Origin: a virus
DNA: 64,000 nt
IMG/VR virus record: IMGVR_UViG_3300028840_002190
Reading direction: 5' to 3' (one strand)
In this document: positions 53,290 through 62,548 of the stretch, piece by piece
Position numbering within the stretch: position 1 is the stretch's first letter
Layout: each line of letters starts with the position of its first letter
Notes under the pieces: generated by a model
What the model was told of the DNA's origin: nothing
What the model saw: only the letters and a program-made list of their open reading frames with translations
Databases searched by the model: none
Translations under genes and position numbers: made by a program

Positions 53290-55034
53290 TACAGCATCCC
53301 CCCTTGAGCCTCCTGGCCCTTACCGCGAGTCATCTGTTCCCACCTCTGAATCGCGACAGAGTACAAGACAAAGTCCTCTTTCATGAGAGAATCCATGGCG
53401 CTCTTACGTCCCCCGTCATCCATGCTCATCCACTCTTGCACCAACATATCCGCCTGACCGATGAGTTGCTGCTGGTCGTAACCCATCCCACCAGACTGCG
53501 CTTGTTGCGCCTCCATCTGTGCTTGTTGCGCCATATTGTTCTGGAGCTTTCGGATTTCAAGTTGGAGTTCAGTCTCCCTACGAACGTTGTCCAGCTCTTC
53601 CTGTCGGATACGGTCCTCTTCCTGGTCCAAATCGATACTGTTCTGCTCCGCCATGGTCTTGTCCGAAATGATCTTTCGACCCATCTGGATACCCGACTGG
53701 TAAAGCTGCATCGTGATTTGCTTCTGGTACTGATCATCGATCATCCGGAACGGTGCAAGTTCCACGGGGATCTTTTCGAACCCCAGGAACTTCGCACAAC
53801 TGTCGTCAATCCACTGGAGACAATCATTAAGGTCATTAACGTGTGTCTCTAGCTGATTTTCGATAAGTCGCAGCGTAGCTTCCATCCCGCTCTTGGTGAG
53901 GCCACCATACAGGAACTCAATGGGGATCCCGAGAGCGGCAACGATGTTCTTCTCTGCTTCTTGTACCTCACCTAACGTCAGAAGCGCGCGTCCCTGTCCC
54001 CCGATTTGCGTCATCCCAATTGGGATAGGCGCGAACATCATATGGAGGGGGTCTACGCGCCACTGCTTGAAGTGATCTTTCAGTTTGGTCTTCCACTCTT
54101 CGAGGCTAATGGTCGTGACAGGGTCCGCGTTCCCACTTGACTGTGCGGGATGCACAATCCGGAAGGGTGTCAGGTGGTCAAGAGCGATAGCCTCATTAGC
54201 TTTACGCAAAATTGCTGCGTAGTGGAACAACTGCAGTGTCGAGAGCAGCGGTGGAAGGCCCCATTGCGGGTTGATCCCGGCAGGTCCCCCCACTTTCATG
54301 TGGAAGATGTATCCTGGAGCAAACTTGAACTGCTTCTTCTTCTGGATCGCCTTCAAGAACCCTACGGGCATACTGTCGATAACGAACTTGTGGCCCTTCT
54401 GTACGCTATCCACCATCGAACGTGGAATGGTGTGGTAGTACACCGACGCCCCTGTCAGGGGGTTGAAGTCCACGTCCATGTGCTTGGGGTCCCATCGAAT
54501 AAAATTGATTCTCCGACTTACCGCGAGTTTGCGGTCCTCGATCTCTCTCTCGGTGGCGATAACCTCGTTGTCACATGCGGGACACCTATAAGTGAACCGC
54601 AGTGACGAGTAGCTGTATTTATAGTCCAAGTTCTGGATGTTGGTGAGTGTCTTGCACTTAGGACACTTAAGATACCGGATGAAGGGTTGGTACATGGAGA
54701 GAAAGGCATTTCCGTACACGTACTTATCCAGGGTCATCTGAATGAGTATCTCCCGGACGTGAAGAACCTTCTCTAACAAATTTTTGTGTCGAAGTTTGAG
54801 CGCCTCATTCTCGGTGTCGTAAAGGAGTTCTGTGATGGGATACTCACCAAACTTCCGCAACGCCGAGTAGATGTGAGCCGAGTTAAAAAACAAGTACTCG
54901 CACCACTTAAAGAGTTCTTTGAGCCTTCGCGGACTGTAAACCTGGCTATAGGTGTGGTAAGGATTGGTGTGGGGGGCGGTATCTCGCGTCCCACTGAGCA
55001 TGTAGGGGTCAGATACGTTGAAATCATTCGTCAT
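53289..55034 (-). CDS. Portal protein
   Basis: 581 aa; YVYGNAF, IFHMK...WGLPPLL, LGIPIEFL; Q-rich crown; Zn ribbon insert. Confidence 0.8.
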   Translation of the reverse strand: MTNDFNVSDPYMLSGTRDTAPHTNPYHTYSQVYSPRRLKELFKWCEYLFFNSAHIYSALRKFGEYPITELLYDTENEALKLRHKNLLEKVLHVREILIQMTLDKYVYGNAFLSMYQPFIRYLKCPKCKTLTNIQNLDYKYSYSSLRFTYRCPACDNEVIATEREIEDRKLAVSRRINFIRWDPKHMDVDFNPLTGASVYYHTIPRSMVDSVQKGHKFVIDSMPVGFLKAIQKKKQFKFAPGYIFHMKVGGPAGINPQWGLPPLLSTLQLFHYAAILRKANEAIALDHLTPFRIVHPAQSSGNADPVTTISLEEWKTKLKDHFKQWRVDPLHMMFAPIPIGMTQIGGQGRALLTLGEVQEAEKNIVAALGIPIEFLYGGLTKSGMEATLRLIENQLETHVNDLNDCLQWIDDSCAKFLGFEKIPVELAPFRMIDDQYQKQITMQLYQSGIQMGRKIISDKTMAEQNSIDLDQEEDRIRQEELDNVRRETELQLEIRKLQNNMAQQAQMEAQQAQSGGMGYDQQQLIGQADMLVQEWMSMDDGGRKSAMDSLMKEDFVLYSVAIQRWEQMTRGKGQEAQGGML

Positions 55035-55094
55035 GACGTGCTCTCCTACTTCGATCCAGCTATCGAATCATAGCTCAAAACCGGAGTAAACACT

Positions 55095-57149
55095 ATGGAA
55101 GTCGGACTAACGGCTATTAACGAGACCCCTGTACTCACCGTAAATGACCCCACATCAAGTGGAAGTCGCGTATTCGGTGCCTCCATGGATCGAGGCAAGA
55201 CACACTGGCGTTTTCCGGCATTCCCTCCATTTGTCGAGAGAGTACTACACGACCTCGGTAAAGTCTACGCGTCATTAACCTTTAGCCCACAAGCGGACAC
55301 GTGGCTCTCAACGCTAAAAAAAGAGGAGGAGTGGGTAGACTTTGCAAGTAACACAAAACTCCCGGGGCCCTTTGGAAACTACGAACATCAGAACATCGGC
55401 CTAGGGAAACTCCTTCACAATTATCGCTACATTCTGCAGTGGGAGATGGGGACAGGGAAGACAAAGCCCATCATCGACATGACGTACCTCCTCGGGGAAA
55501 AGGTCCTGGTCTTATGCCCTCTAGTAGCGGCCAAGAACTGGGCTAAAGAGGTCAAGAAACACAGTGGAGGGGCCCTAAAACCTCTAGCAATGCTTGGTAC
55601 ACGGGGCAAAAAATTGCAGCTTCTCAACGATGCTGAGGACGCTGACGTTTTTATCACCACGTACGATACGGCACGTTTACACGGAGTCCCTTCTGTATCC
55701 CCAAAAGTCGTCAAGGCTGTCATGGACTCCCGAGGATACTATTCAATAACGGAGGCGTTAAAACGTGCCCTGATGAACATCAACGATCCTGCAACGCAAC
55801 TCAGATTCGCAGAGGAGTGGATCAGAGGGCGCTCTGTTCGCGAGATCGGACAGGAATCTCGAGAGTTGGCCAAAGGCACGCTACAGTGGATAACTCAACT
55901 ACCGTGCACCACCGTCGTAGCAGACGAGTCTCACCGTATTAAACACATCCGTAGCCAGCGTACGAAGGTGTGTATGCGGTTAGCTTCTAAATTTCCACGC
56001 CGATACTTACTTAGCGGAACCCTGAGCTTGGGAGATCCTCGGGATCTCTACCCACAGCTCAAGTTCCTAGCCCCGTACGCTCTCTCAGAGGACTATCGGG
56101 CGTTCTGTGACAAGTACGTAGTCTACTCCCAATGGAATAAACACGTAGTTGTGGGGTATAAGAAATTAGACTCATTGAACAAAGTGGTTACGGGAATTTC
56201 CGACAGGCGTGAACTAGAGGAGTGTGTGGACCTCCCTGAGCGCACAACTGAAACGCTTTATTTTGACCTCACCCGTGAACAGCTCCGAGACTACAACGGA
56301 GCCATCGAAAACATGCTCATTGACCGCCCGAACGCCGAGCCCCTCGAACTTCAGAACGGTGCCATTCGCCTTAATAAGCTTTTGCAAATATGTAGCGGCT
56401 TCGTCTACTCCCCGAAGGCTACTGAGAGTCCGTGTGACGAGTGTTCGGACCTGCGTAGGTGTGTCGTTAACGGAATACATCCCGGGTCCCCCCGCTGCAC
56501 CCAAGTAGCAGAGGCACCTGAGAGGGAGACACTCCGATACTCGAAGAATCCTAAGCTAGAGCGCATAAGCGAATTCCTCGACGATCTCTTGGATAATAAG
56601 GTGACTAAGGTCATCATATGGGCCAATTTCGAAGCGGAATTGGATGACCTCGAAGAGCTTATCTCCAAAAAGCAGTTGGGGTACGTACGCGTCGATGGGA
56701 GCAACTCCAACAAGATGTCCGAGATGGAGGAGGTCTTTCAGAACGACGCGAACTGTCGAGTCTTTTTGGGTCAGATCAAAACAGGTATCGCAGTTACGCT
56801 TACTGCTGCCAAGTACACGGTTTACTATTCCCGAAGTTGGTCGCTAGAAGACTGGTTGCAATCGCGTAATCGAAATTTTCGAATCGGACAGACGAAGAAG
56901 ACTGTTATCTATCATTTGTGCGGGAAGAAAACCGTAGAGGCTCAGCAAATAGCCGCACTGAAGTCGAAGCAAGATATCTCTTCTTCTCTTACGAAACACA
57001 TCAACTGTATGGTGTGCGCGCAGTACCCCACCTGTGCCAAGGACAAAGTAGATCCGTGGACGGACGGCTGCATCTTAGGGCGCGAGGTTAAAAAGAAGAT
57101 CACCCGGGTAGGTGTAATCCACCTAGGAGAGGACACGGAGGAAGCGTAA
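55095..57149 (+). CDS. SNF2-family helicase
   Basis: EMGTGKT, ADESH, LSGT, VRVDG, QSRNRNFRIGQ. Confidence 0.93.
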   Translation: MEVGLTAINETPVLTVNDPTSSGSRVFGASMDRGKTHWRFPAFPPFVERVLHDLGKVYASLTFSPQADTWLSTLKKEEEWVDFASNTKLPGPFGNYEHQNIGLGKLLHNYRYILQWEMGTGKTKPIIDMTYLLGEKVLVLCPLVAAKNWAKEVKKHSGGALKPLAMLGTRGKKLQLLNDAEDADVFITTYDTARLHGVPSVSPKVVKAVMDSRGYYSITEALKRALMNINDPATQLRFAEEWIRGRSVREIGQESRELAKGTLQWITQLPCTTVVADESHRIKHIRSQRTKVCMRLASKFPRRYLLSGTLSLGDPRDLYPQLKFLAPYALSEDYRAFCDKYVVYSQWNKHVVVGYKKLDSLNKVVTGISDRRELEECVDLPERTTETLYFDLTREQLRDYNGAIENMLIDRPNAEPLELQNGAIRLNKLLQICSGFVYSPKATESPCDECSDLRRCVVNGIHPGSPRCTQVAEAPERETLRYSKNPKLERISEFLDDLLDNKVTKVIIWANFEAELDDLEELISKKQLGYVRVDGSNSNKMSEMEEVFQNDANCRVFLGQIKTGIAVTLTAAKYTVYYSRSWSLEDWLQSRNRNFRIGQTKKTVIYHLCGKKTVEAQQIAALKSKQDISSSLTKHINCMVCAQYPTCAKDKVDPWTDGCILGREVKKKITRVGVIHLGEDTEEA

Positions 57150-57541
57150 TGGACATCGTACTACGAGAACACGACGTTAAAAGAATGATAGGAGAAGCCC
57201 TGGGAGTAAAGATCCCTCCTGACGATTTGATGGTCGAGCAGGACCCCCTGAGTGTGACTATCGTAAATGCGGAAAAATACCTCTACAAAAAGAAACCAGT
57301 TTTACGAGGTAAACCTGACGAAGCACCGTCGCAACCTCCAGATGCCTCTGAAGACTCCGAGCCCCCGCCAAGCGCGGACGCCTCACCCCTCATGTCCATG
57401 GACGACTTGAAACGGGAGAGCGCGGGCCTGGCAGCGGCTCCTCCACAAACGGGGAATTCTGAAAACTCTCCCCGAGCGCTGGGAGCCAACGAACGCACTG
57501 AAGTGCCGCCCCCAACCGAACACGGCAAGGAGAAATTGTAA
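57149..57541 (+). CDS. Hypothetical protein
   Basis: 130 aa, coupled on both sides. Confidence 0.7.
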   Translation: MDIVLREHDVKRMIGEALGVKIPPDDLMVEQDPLSVTIVNAEKYLYKKKPVLRGKPDEAPSQPPDASEDSEPPPSADASPLMSMDDLKRESAGLAAAPPQTGNSENSPRALGANERTEVPPPTEHGKEKL

Positions 57542-58399
57542 ATGCCCGAACTCAATATACATGGAAAGATCGTGGAGGTTCCCGCGGGATTCGGAGATTC
57601 CGGACTCCCTAATAAGGAATACTTCTCACACTCCCAGTTCTCAATGTATCGGAGGTGCCCCCGGCAGTTCGAATACCGCTACGTACTCGGTATGCGCCAA
57701 CCGCCGGGTATCGCCATGACACAGGGGACGGTCATCCATGCCGGAGCAGAGGCCACACACCGCGCCACTATCGAAAACGGTAGGCCCCTATCACTAGAGC
57801 ACGCAGAGGCTATAGTGTCGGACAAGTTCGATTCTGTGAAGGAGTACATCGAAGACTGGGGAGACGCGAAGCCAGGAAAGGTCAAAGAACTGACGCTTCA
57901 CCACTTCCGAGTCTACCATAAACAGTCGATACCCCTGGTACGCCCCAAAGCGGTGGAGGAGCCGTTTGCGGTTAAAGTCGGGACAGTACCCATCGTCGGC
58001 TTTATCGACCTCATTGACGAGGTGATGTTGGATCGCGAAAATGATACCCTGGCCAAAGGGGAAGGTCCGCTAGTCACGGAAGTCGTCACGGACTTGAAGT
58101 TCACGGGTCGTAAATGGCAGGCGGCTAAGTTGAGACATGACACCCAGCTGACTCTTTATGCGCACGTTAAGGGGATTCCACGTGTTCGCATCGACTTTCT
58201 GCTTGACCAGAAGAGCGGCACTCGTTACGTTCAGGAAAGATCGTTAAGGACACCGCGGGATGCTAAGAACTTCGAAGAAGACCTGGAAGAATGTGTGGAC
58301 CTCATCAAGAAAGGCATCTTCCCGCGTTGTGACCCGACGACCTGGGCCTGTACTCCGCGCTTCTGCGGCTACTACGAAAGATGTCGAGGACCCCAATGA
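57542..58399 (+). CDS. PD-(D/E)XK (RecB-like) nuclease
   Basis: SHSQFSMYRRCP, GFIDLID, DLK, QLTLYA, C-terminal C..CGY...C. Confidence 0.9.
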   Translation: MPELNIHGKIVEVPAGFGDSGLPNKEYFSHSQFSMYRRCPRQFEYRYVLGMRQPPGIAMTQGTVIHAGAEATHRATIENGRPLSLEHAEAIVSDKFDSVKEYIEDWGDAKPGKVKELTLHHFRVYHKQSIPLVRPKAVEEPFAVKVGTVPIVGFIDLIDEVMLDRENDTLAKGEGPLVTEVVTDLKFTGRKWQAAKLRHDTQLTLYAHVKGIPRVRIDFLLDQKSGTRYVQERSLRTPRDAKNFEEDLEECVDLIKKGIFPRCDPTTWACTPRFCGYYERCRGPQ

Positions 58400-59586
58400 C
58401 TGAGGAACTGAAACTCCGCGACTTCACCGAACTGTCTCCCAAAGAGTTTTGGAAACTCGTTGATGCCGAAGCAGGAGCTGCGCAGACAAAAGTACAGGAG
58501 ATCTTTGAGAAGGCTAACCGCCAAGTACTCAACCAGAAAGAAGCGATTGAGGGGTTGGATGCGCTTTTCATTGATTCGCACCGGCGAATCAAGGAGCACA
58601 GCTCTGCGCTCGCTAAACACTACCCTACCAAACAGCTGACCAAAAATAAGCTAGAGGACTTGGAGCATATGTGGTGGGTCGACCACTACACCTCGGGGGT
58701 CTCTCGGTGGTCGACTCTCAGCTGGTTCAGCTCCAAGAAGAATGCGAATAAGAAAGGGAAGATGCGGTATAACGGAGCTTCGACGCATTTTGTCCTCGGC
58801 TACGAGGGCTACCCTTTCTATATTATCCCGCTCATGCACGGAGCGTGGCATGAACCGAAGCGTAACAGAGACTCCATCAGCATCGAGATGGTAAACTGCG
58901 GCGCTATCAAGGAACATAAGGGTAAGTACTGCTACTGGCCCAAGGGATACACGCAAGAAATCCCGGCACAACTCGTAGCCGAACTTCCTCCGACGAGGCT
59001 CCCTTTCAATTTCCGAGGAGCTAAGATCCTCCAGCCGTTTACGGCGTCCCAGATAAAGTACAATGTTCTCCTCAAGCGCATTATCCTCGCAGCTTTACCC
59101 GGTAAATTGGACCGTTCACGCTTCAGTCAGCACCAGGAATGGCGCAGTACCAAGCTGGACATGGGACCTCTGTGGCCTTTCAAGGACGTCAACGATGCTG
59201 CGCATGATGCATTCCCGATCTCGCAGTACTCCTTCCTCTCCAAATTTGAATTAGCAGTCAAAGACGGCACGATCACCGAAGCTGAAGCTGCCGAACTGGA
59301 GATGGAAGGACACAGCCCTGAGTATGGAGACGAGACTCCTACTCACGATGATGACCTGGACGACGACAACGAAAGCGTAATGTCGATCTCTGAGGTCCAA
59401 GAATATCTTAACCTTTACGGATTCCGTGTGGAAGTCGATGGTAAGTTCGGTCCCCAGACCAAGAAAGCTGTCGGCAAATTCCAGACCGTCTATAACATGA
59501 AGTATCCGAGTACGGACGCCCTGGCTGTCGACGGCATACCAGGCCCCCGTACGTGTGCAGCTCTCAAACGGTATGAGAAGGAGTGA
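58396..59586 (+). CDS. N-acetylmuramoyl-L-alanine amidase with C-terminal peptidoglycan-binding domain (endolysin)
   Basis: VDHYT, STHFV, AWH, SISIEMV, QHQE...DMG; VDGKFGPQT...VDGIPGPRT. Confidence 0.87.
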   Translation: MTEELKLRDFTELSPKEFWKLVDAEAGAAQTKVQEIFEKANRQVLNQKEAIEGLDALFIDSHRRIKEHSSALAKHYPTKQLTKNKLEDLEHMWWVDHYTSGVSRWSTLSWFSSKKNANKKGKMRYNGASTHFVLGYEGYPFYIIPLMHGAWHEPKRNRDSISIEMVNCGAIKEHKGKYCYWPKGYTQEIPAQLVAELPPTRLPFNFRGAKILQPFTASQIKYNVLLKRIILAALPGKLDRSRFSQHQEWRSTKLDMGPLWPFKDVNDAAHDAFPISQYSFLSKFELAVKDGTITEAEAAELEMEGHSPEYGDETPTHDDDLDDDNESVMSISEVQEYLNLYGFRVEVDGKFGPQTKKAVGKFQTVYNMKYPSTDALAVDGIPGPRTCAALKRYEKE

Positions 59587-59936
59587 CCGCCATGGAACTG
59601 AACGAAGTCTGCAGCAGGTGTGGGAAGTCCGTTAAGGTTCCCGCTGACCCCGAGTTGATGAAACTCAAGATCGAGGAGGAAGCCTCTGTCAATGAGATCA
59701 TCGAGAAGTTTCGGCAATTCGCCGATAACCTCGAGGACCCTCTCCCCGAAATCATCACGCTCGTCCGTGTGCAAGACGACAACGGAGAGTACCGCTTCGA
59801 TGTCAAGGCGCTCACCAAGCTGTGCGGCCCTGATGAGACCAAGAAGCGGAACAAGAGCGGCTGCTTGAAGCGCGTCCAGGCTCTGGTAGATGACATCTAC
59901 CGACAGGCTAAGGGCCCTTCTAAGAGTAAGGAATGA
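59583..59936 (+). CDS. Hypothetical protein
   Basis: 117 aa; CSRC and Cys pairs. Confidence 0.7.
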   Translation: MTAMELNEVCSRCGKSVKVPADPELMKLKIEEEASVNEIIEKFRQFADNLEDPLPEIITLVRVQDDNGEYRFDVKALTKLCGPDETKKRNKSGCLKRVQALVDDIYRQAKGPSKSKE

Positions 59937-60112
59937 TGGAGAAATACGGAGTAGACCAGGAGCCCGAGCAAAAAACCGCTAACGAAATCGAGTCCAAATG
60001 CCCTCAGTGCGGAAAACGACTTCGAGACAGAAGCGAAACCGGCGTGCTGGTCTGTCCGCAGTGCGGAAGTCGACCCTTCGAGTCGACCGAACCTCCGTCG
60101 CCCAAAAGCTGA
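59933..60112 (+). CDS. 59-aa zinc-ribbon protein (not in ORF track)
   Basis: MMEKYG...KCPQCG...VCPQCGS; ATGA-coupled. Confidence 0.7.
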   Translation: MMEKYGVDQEPEQKTANEIESKCPQCGKRLRDRSETGVLVCPQCGSRPFESTEPPSPKS

Positions 60113-60285
60113 GGATCATTCGGGCCCTTTACTTCGTCGCGTACAACAGTGACGAGAGCCTCTTTCCACAATCAGTAGAGCTCTTCCACACCCTTGGTGA
60201 GGTGCTGGAGGGCGTACCCCCCGACGAACTGAGCCTGCGTAACATCAGCAAGCAGGCCCTTCTCGAGGAGCTAGCGTTCGATTAG
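59998..60285 (+). CDS. Hypothetical protein overlapping the Zn-ribbon gene
   Basis: 95 aa; the C-terminal half fills an otherwise empty gap. Confidence 0.55.
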   Translation: MPSVRKTTSRQKRNRRAGLSAVRKSTLRVDRTSVAQKLRIIRALYFVAYNSDESLFPQSVELFHTLGEVLEGVPPDELSLRNISKQALLEELAFD

Positions 60286-60311
60286 TCTCTAGCTCCACGG
60301 AGTGACCGCCA

Positions 60312-61388
60312 ATGACCGAAAAACAAGAGAACAAAGACACCCCGGTGTCTGCCGACACCCAAGAGTCAAAAAACCAGAAGGAGAAAAACGTGACTGACGC
60401 CAAGGCACCAGAGAAGACTGAGCGTAAAGCTCCGAAGAAGAAAGCCCCTGTCAAGAAGGAAGAGCCGGTAGCGGAGAACAACTTCGTTGTGAAGCTCACT
60501 GACATCGAGCTCCCGGACAAGTGGAACCGGGACAAGCCCGGTAACCTCGGGTCATTGACCACGTCGCTCAAGACCATCGGGCAAATCGTCGCCATGGTCG
60601 TGCAGCCTCACCCCACCAAGAAGGGGAAATATGTCCTCGTGGATGGGCGGCGGCGTTACATGGCGCTCCAAGACGCGAAAATCAAAAATGCGTTCGTTAC
60701 GTTCACCGCGGGCGATGAGACCGAAGCCTACACCAAGTCCCTGGTGGCAAACATCAACCGGGAAGGTCACAACCCTATGGAGATCGCCAACGCGTTCTCT
60801 GAGTTGATCGAAGGAGGTATGAATAACCGCAAGATCGCCCGGGCAGGTGGCGTCTCCGAGGGGTTCGTTTCGCAACACTTGTCGCTCCTCGACCTCGACA
60901 GTGCGGTACAGAAAGCTATCGCGAAGGACGTCATCTCGATGTCCCAGGCGCGCATCCTCTGCCGCGTCAATGTGGAAGAACATTCCACTTTCTTCTTCCG
61001 CCTGTTCGAACAGATGGTAACCAAGGGTCTCAGCGCCCCCGAAGCGGACGAGAAGACGAAAGCGTATCTCGACCGTTACAAGCAGCGCCAAAAGGAGAAG
61101 GAAGAGGCGCAGAAGGCCAAGGACAAAGCCGCTGGGAAGGACACTTCCAGCAAGAAGGGCGCAGGGAAGAAGCCGGAAGAGCCCAAGAAGGGCCCCGGAC
61201 GTCCAGAAGCCGAGGTTCCGACCTATGATGACCGTAAGGCTGACATCCGCCCCTCGAACAAGACGGAGCTCCTTGCCTACCTCAACGGTCACTCCGAGCG
61301 CATGGCGCGCGCCACGTCAGAGAAGACCAAGCAGTTCTTGAAGGGTGTGCTCCACGGTCTGGAGCTGGCTTCCGGTCTGAAGGAATAG
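60312..61388 (+). CDS. parB: ParB/Spo0J-family protein
   Basis: LVDGRRRYMA, ANINREGHNPMEIA, HTH KIARAGGVSEGFVSQHLSLL. Confidence 0.9.
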   Translation: MTEKQENKDTPVSADTQESKNQKEKNVTDAKAPEKTERKAPKKKAPVKKEEPVAENNFVVKLTDIELPDKWNRDKPGNLGSLTTSLKTIGQIVAMVVQPHPTKKGKYVLVDGRRRYMALQDAKIKNAFVTFTAGDETEAYTKSLVANINREGHNPMEIANAFSELIEGGMNNRKIARAGGVSEGFVSQHLSLLDLDSAVQKAIAKDVISMSQARILCRVNVEEHSTFFFRLFEQMVTKGLSAPEADEKTKAYLDRYKQRQKEKEEAQKAKDKAAGKDTSSKKGAGKKPEEPKKGPGRPEAEVPTYDDRKADIRPSNKTELLAYLNGHSERMARATSEKTKQFLKGVLHGLELASGLKE

Positions 61389-61390
61389 CG

Positions 61391-62443
61391 TTATTCCGCG
61401 CAGAGATCGCTCAAATCATTCACTGACAATCTTCGGAACTCTAACTTCACCTCTTGCAGTAGTCGCTGCTTGATCTGCCGGACACGTTCCGGAGTCAGGT
61501 CGGCGAGTACTGCAAGTTGGTGAAGACTCTTCGAAGAAGTTCGGCGCGTTTTTTCAGGGATGTTGTAGTACTGGAGTAAGATAAACTTGTCACGCGCACG
61601 CATTGGGATCTTGGAAAGCACGTCGCGAATCATCTTTGCGACAGTAGCGTCAATGACTTCTTCCTCCATATCGGAGTCACTCGTAAGAGGTATCGGACGA
61701 CCCTGGGCGTTCTCGAGAGGGACCATGATGTTGAGAGCTTCCTGGTCAACCACTGGCAGGAAGTCGTGAGCCTCACCTGAAGGGCATGGCGGTAGGCTTC
61801 TAGGGGTAATATCGCCATCTACTCGATAGTCGCAATGGCGGCACATAAACGACGTGGTACGTTGCGCTCTGCGGTGCGACTTATGTTTGTGGGAGGGGAC
61901 GTGCACAATACTGCTACTTTGGATCTCATCAAACATCTCTTTTCGGATCCAATGTGCAGCGTAGGTCAAGAAGCGCGTCCCCTGAGTGATATCGAACTTG
62001 TCGATTGCAATGAGCAGCCCGACGTTTCCCGCTGACGTGAGTTGTTGTATTCGGTACGGGTCTTTAGTAATGGACTTCGCCATGCGTACAACGAATCGCA
62101 AATTACCGTTTACAATACGTTCACGAGCATCGAGATCTCGCCCTCTACCGCACCTCAAGCAATAAGGTGGAGCATAGTAAGTTTCAAATTTGTCCCCGCA
62201 CGCGGTACAAAGAGTTAAGTAGTATTCCGTGGCGTTTTCGTCACCCTCTACGGGAGCGTTGGCGCCACACTCAGTGCAGTAAGGTCTGCGAACTTTGTGA
62301 GGGATTAGCTCGTCGCAATGAGGGCACGTGTTGTAACGCTTAAGAAGCGCGCGCTCTTCTTTGGGACGCAATAACGGGTGCTTTCCCAAGTCTTCATAGT
62401 ACGCTTTAAATGTCCTATCGTTAAACGCGCTTGCCGATTCCAT
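61391..62443 (-). CDS. Sigma-70-family factor with zinc-ribbon insertions
   Basis: Region 1.2 YYEDLGKHPLL, 2.1 NLRFVVRMAK, 2.2-2.4 GNVGLLIAIDKFD...RFLTYAAHWIR, region 4 LTPERVRQIK. Confidence 0.9.
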   Translation of the reverse strand: MESASAFNDRTFKAYYEDLGKHPLLRPKEERALLKRYNTCPHCDELIPHKVRRPYCTECGANAPVEGDENATEYYLTLCTACGDKFETYYAPPYCLRCGRGRDLDARERIVNGNLRFVVRMAKSITKDPYRIQQLTSAGNVGLLIAIDKFDITQGTRFLTYAAHWIRKEMFDEIQSSSIVHVPSHKHKSHRRAQRTTSFMCRHCDYRVDGDITPRSLPPCPSGEAHDFLPVVDQEALNIMVPLENAQGRPIPLTSDSDMEEEVIDATVAKMIRDVLSKIPMRARDKFILLQYYNIPEKTRRTSSKSLHQLAVLADLTPERVRQIKQRLLQEVKLEFRRLSVNDLSDLCAE

Positions 62444-62493
62444 CCTTAACTCCCCGTGCTTAAATACCTATATCAGATACTGCCAAATAGAAG

Positions 62494-62522
62494 TTGACTT
62501 GTCCATACTGATCCAATAACGT
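62494..62522 (+). promoter_or_regulatory. Host sigma70-type promoter for the SSB-like gene
   Basis: TTGACT-17 nt-TAACGT. Confidence 0.6.
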
Positions 62523-62548
62523 GGATAGACCGCCAAGGAGGACCTCTC

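Noticed and set aside
57542-58399. Cas4 of a CRISPR system
   Set aside because: Typical phage RecB-like PD-(D/E)XK nuclease next to a helicase, with no cas1/cas2 or array.
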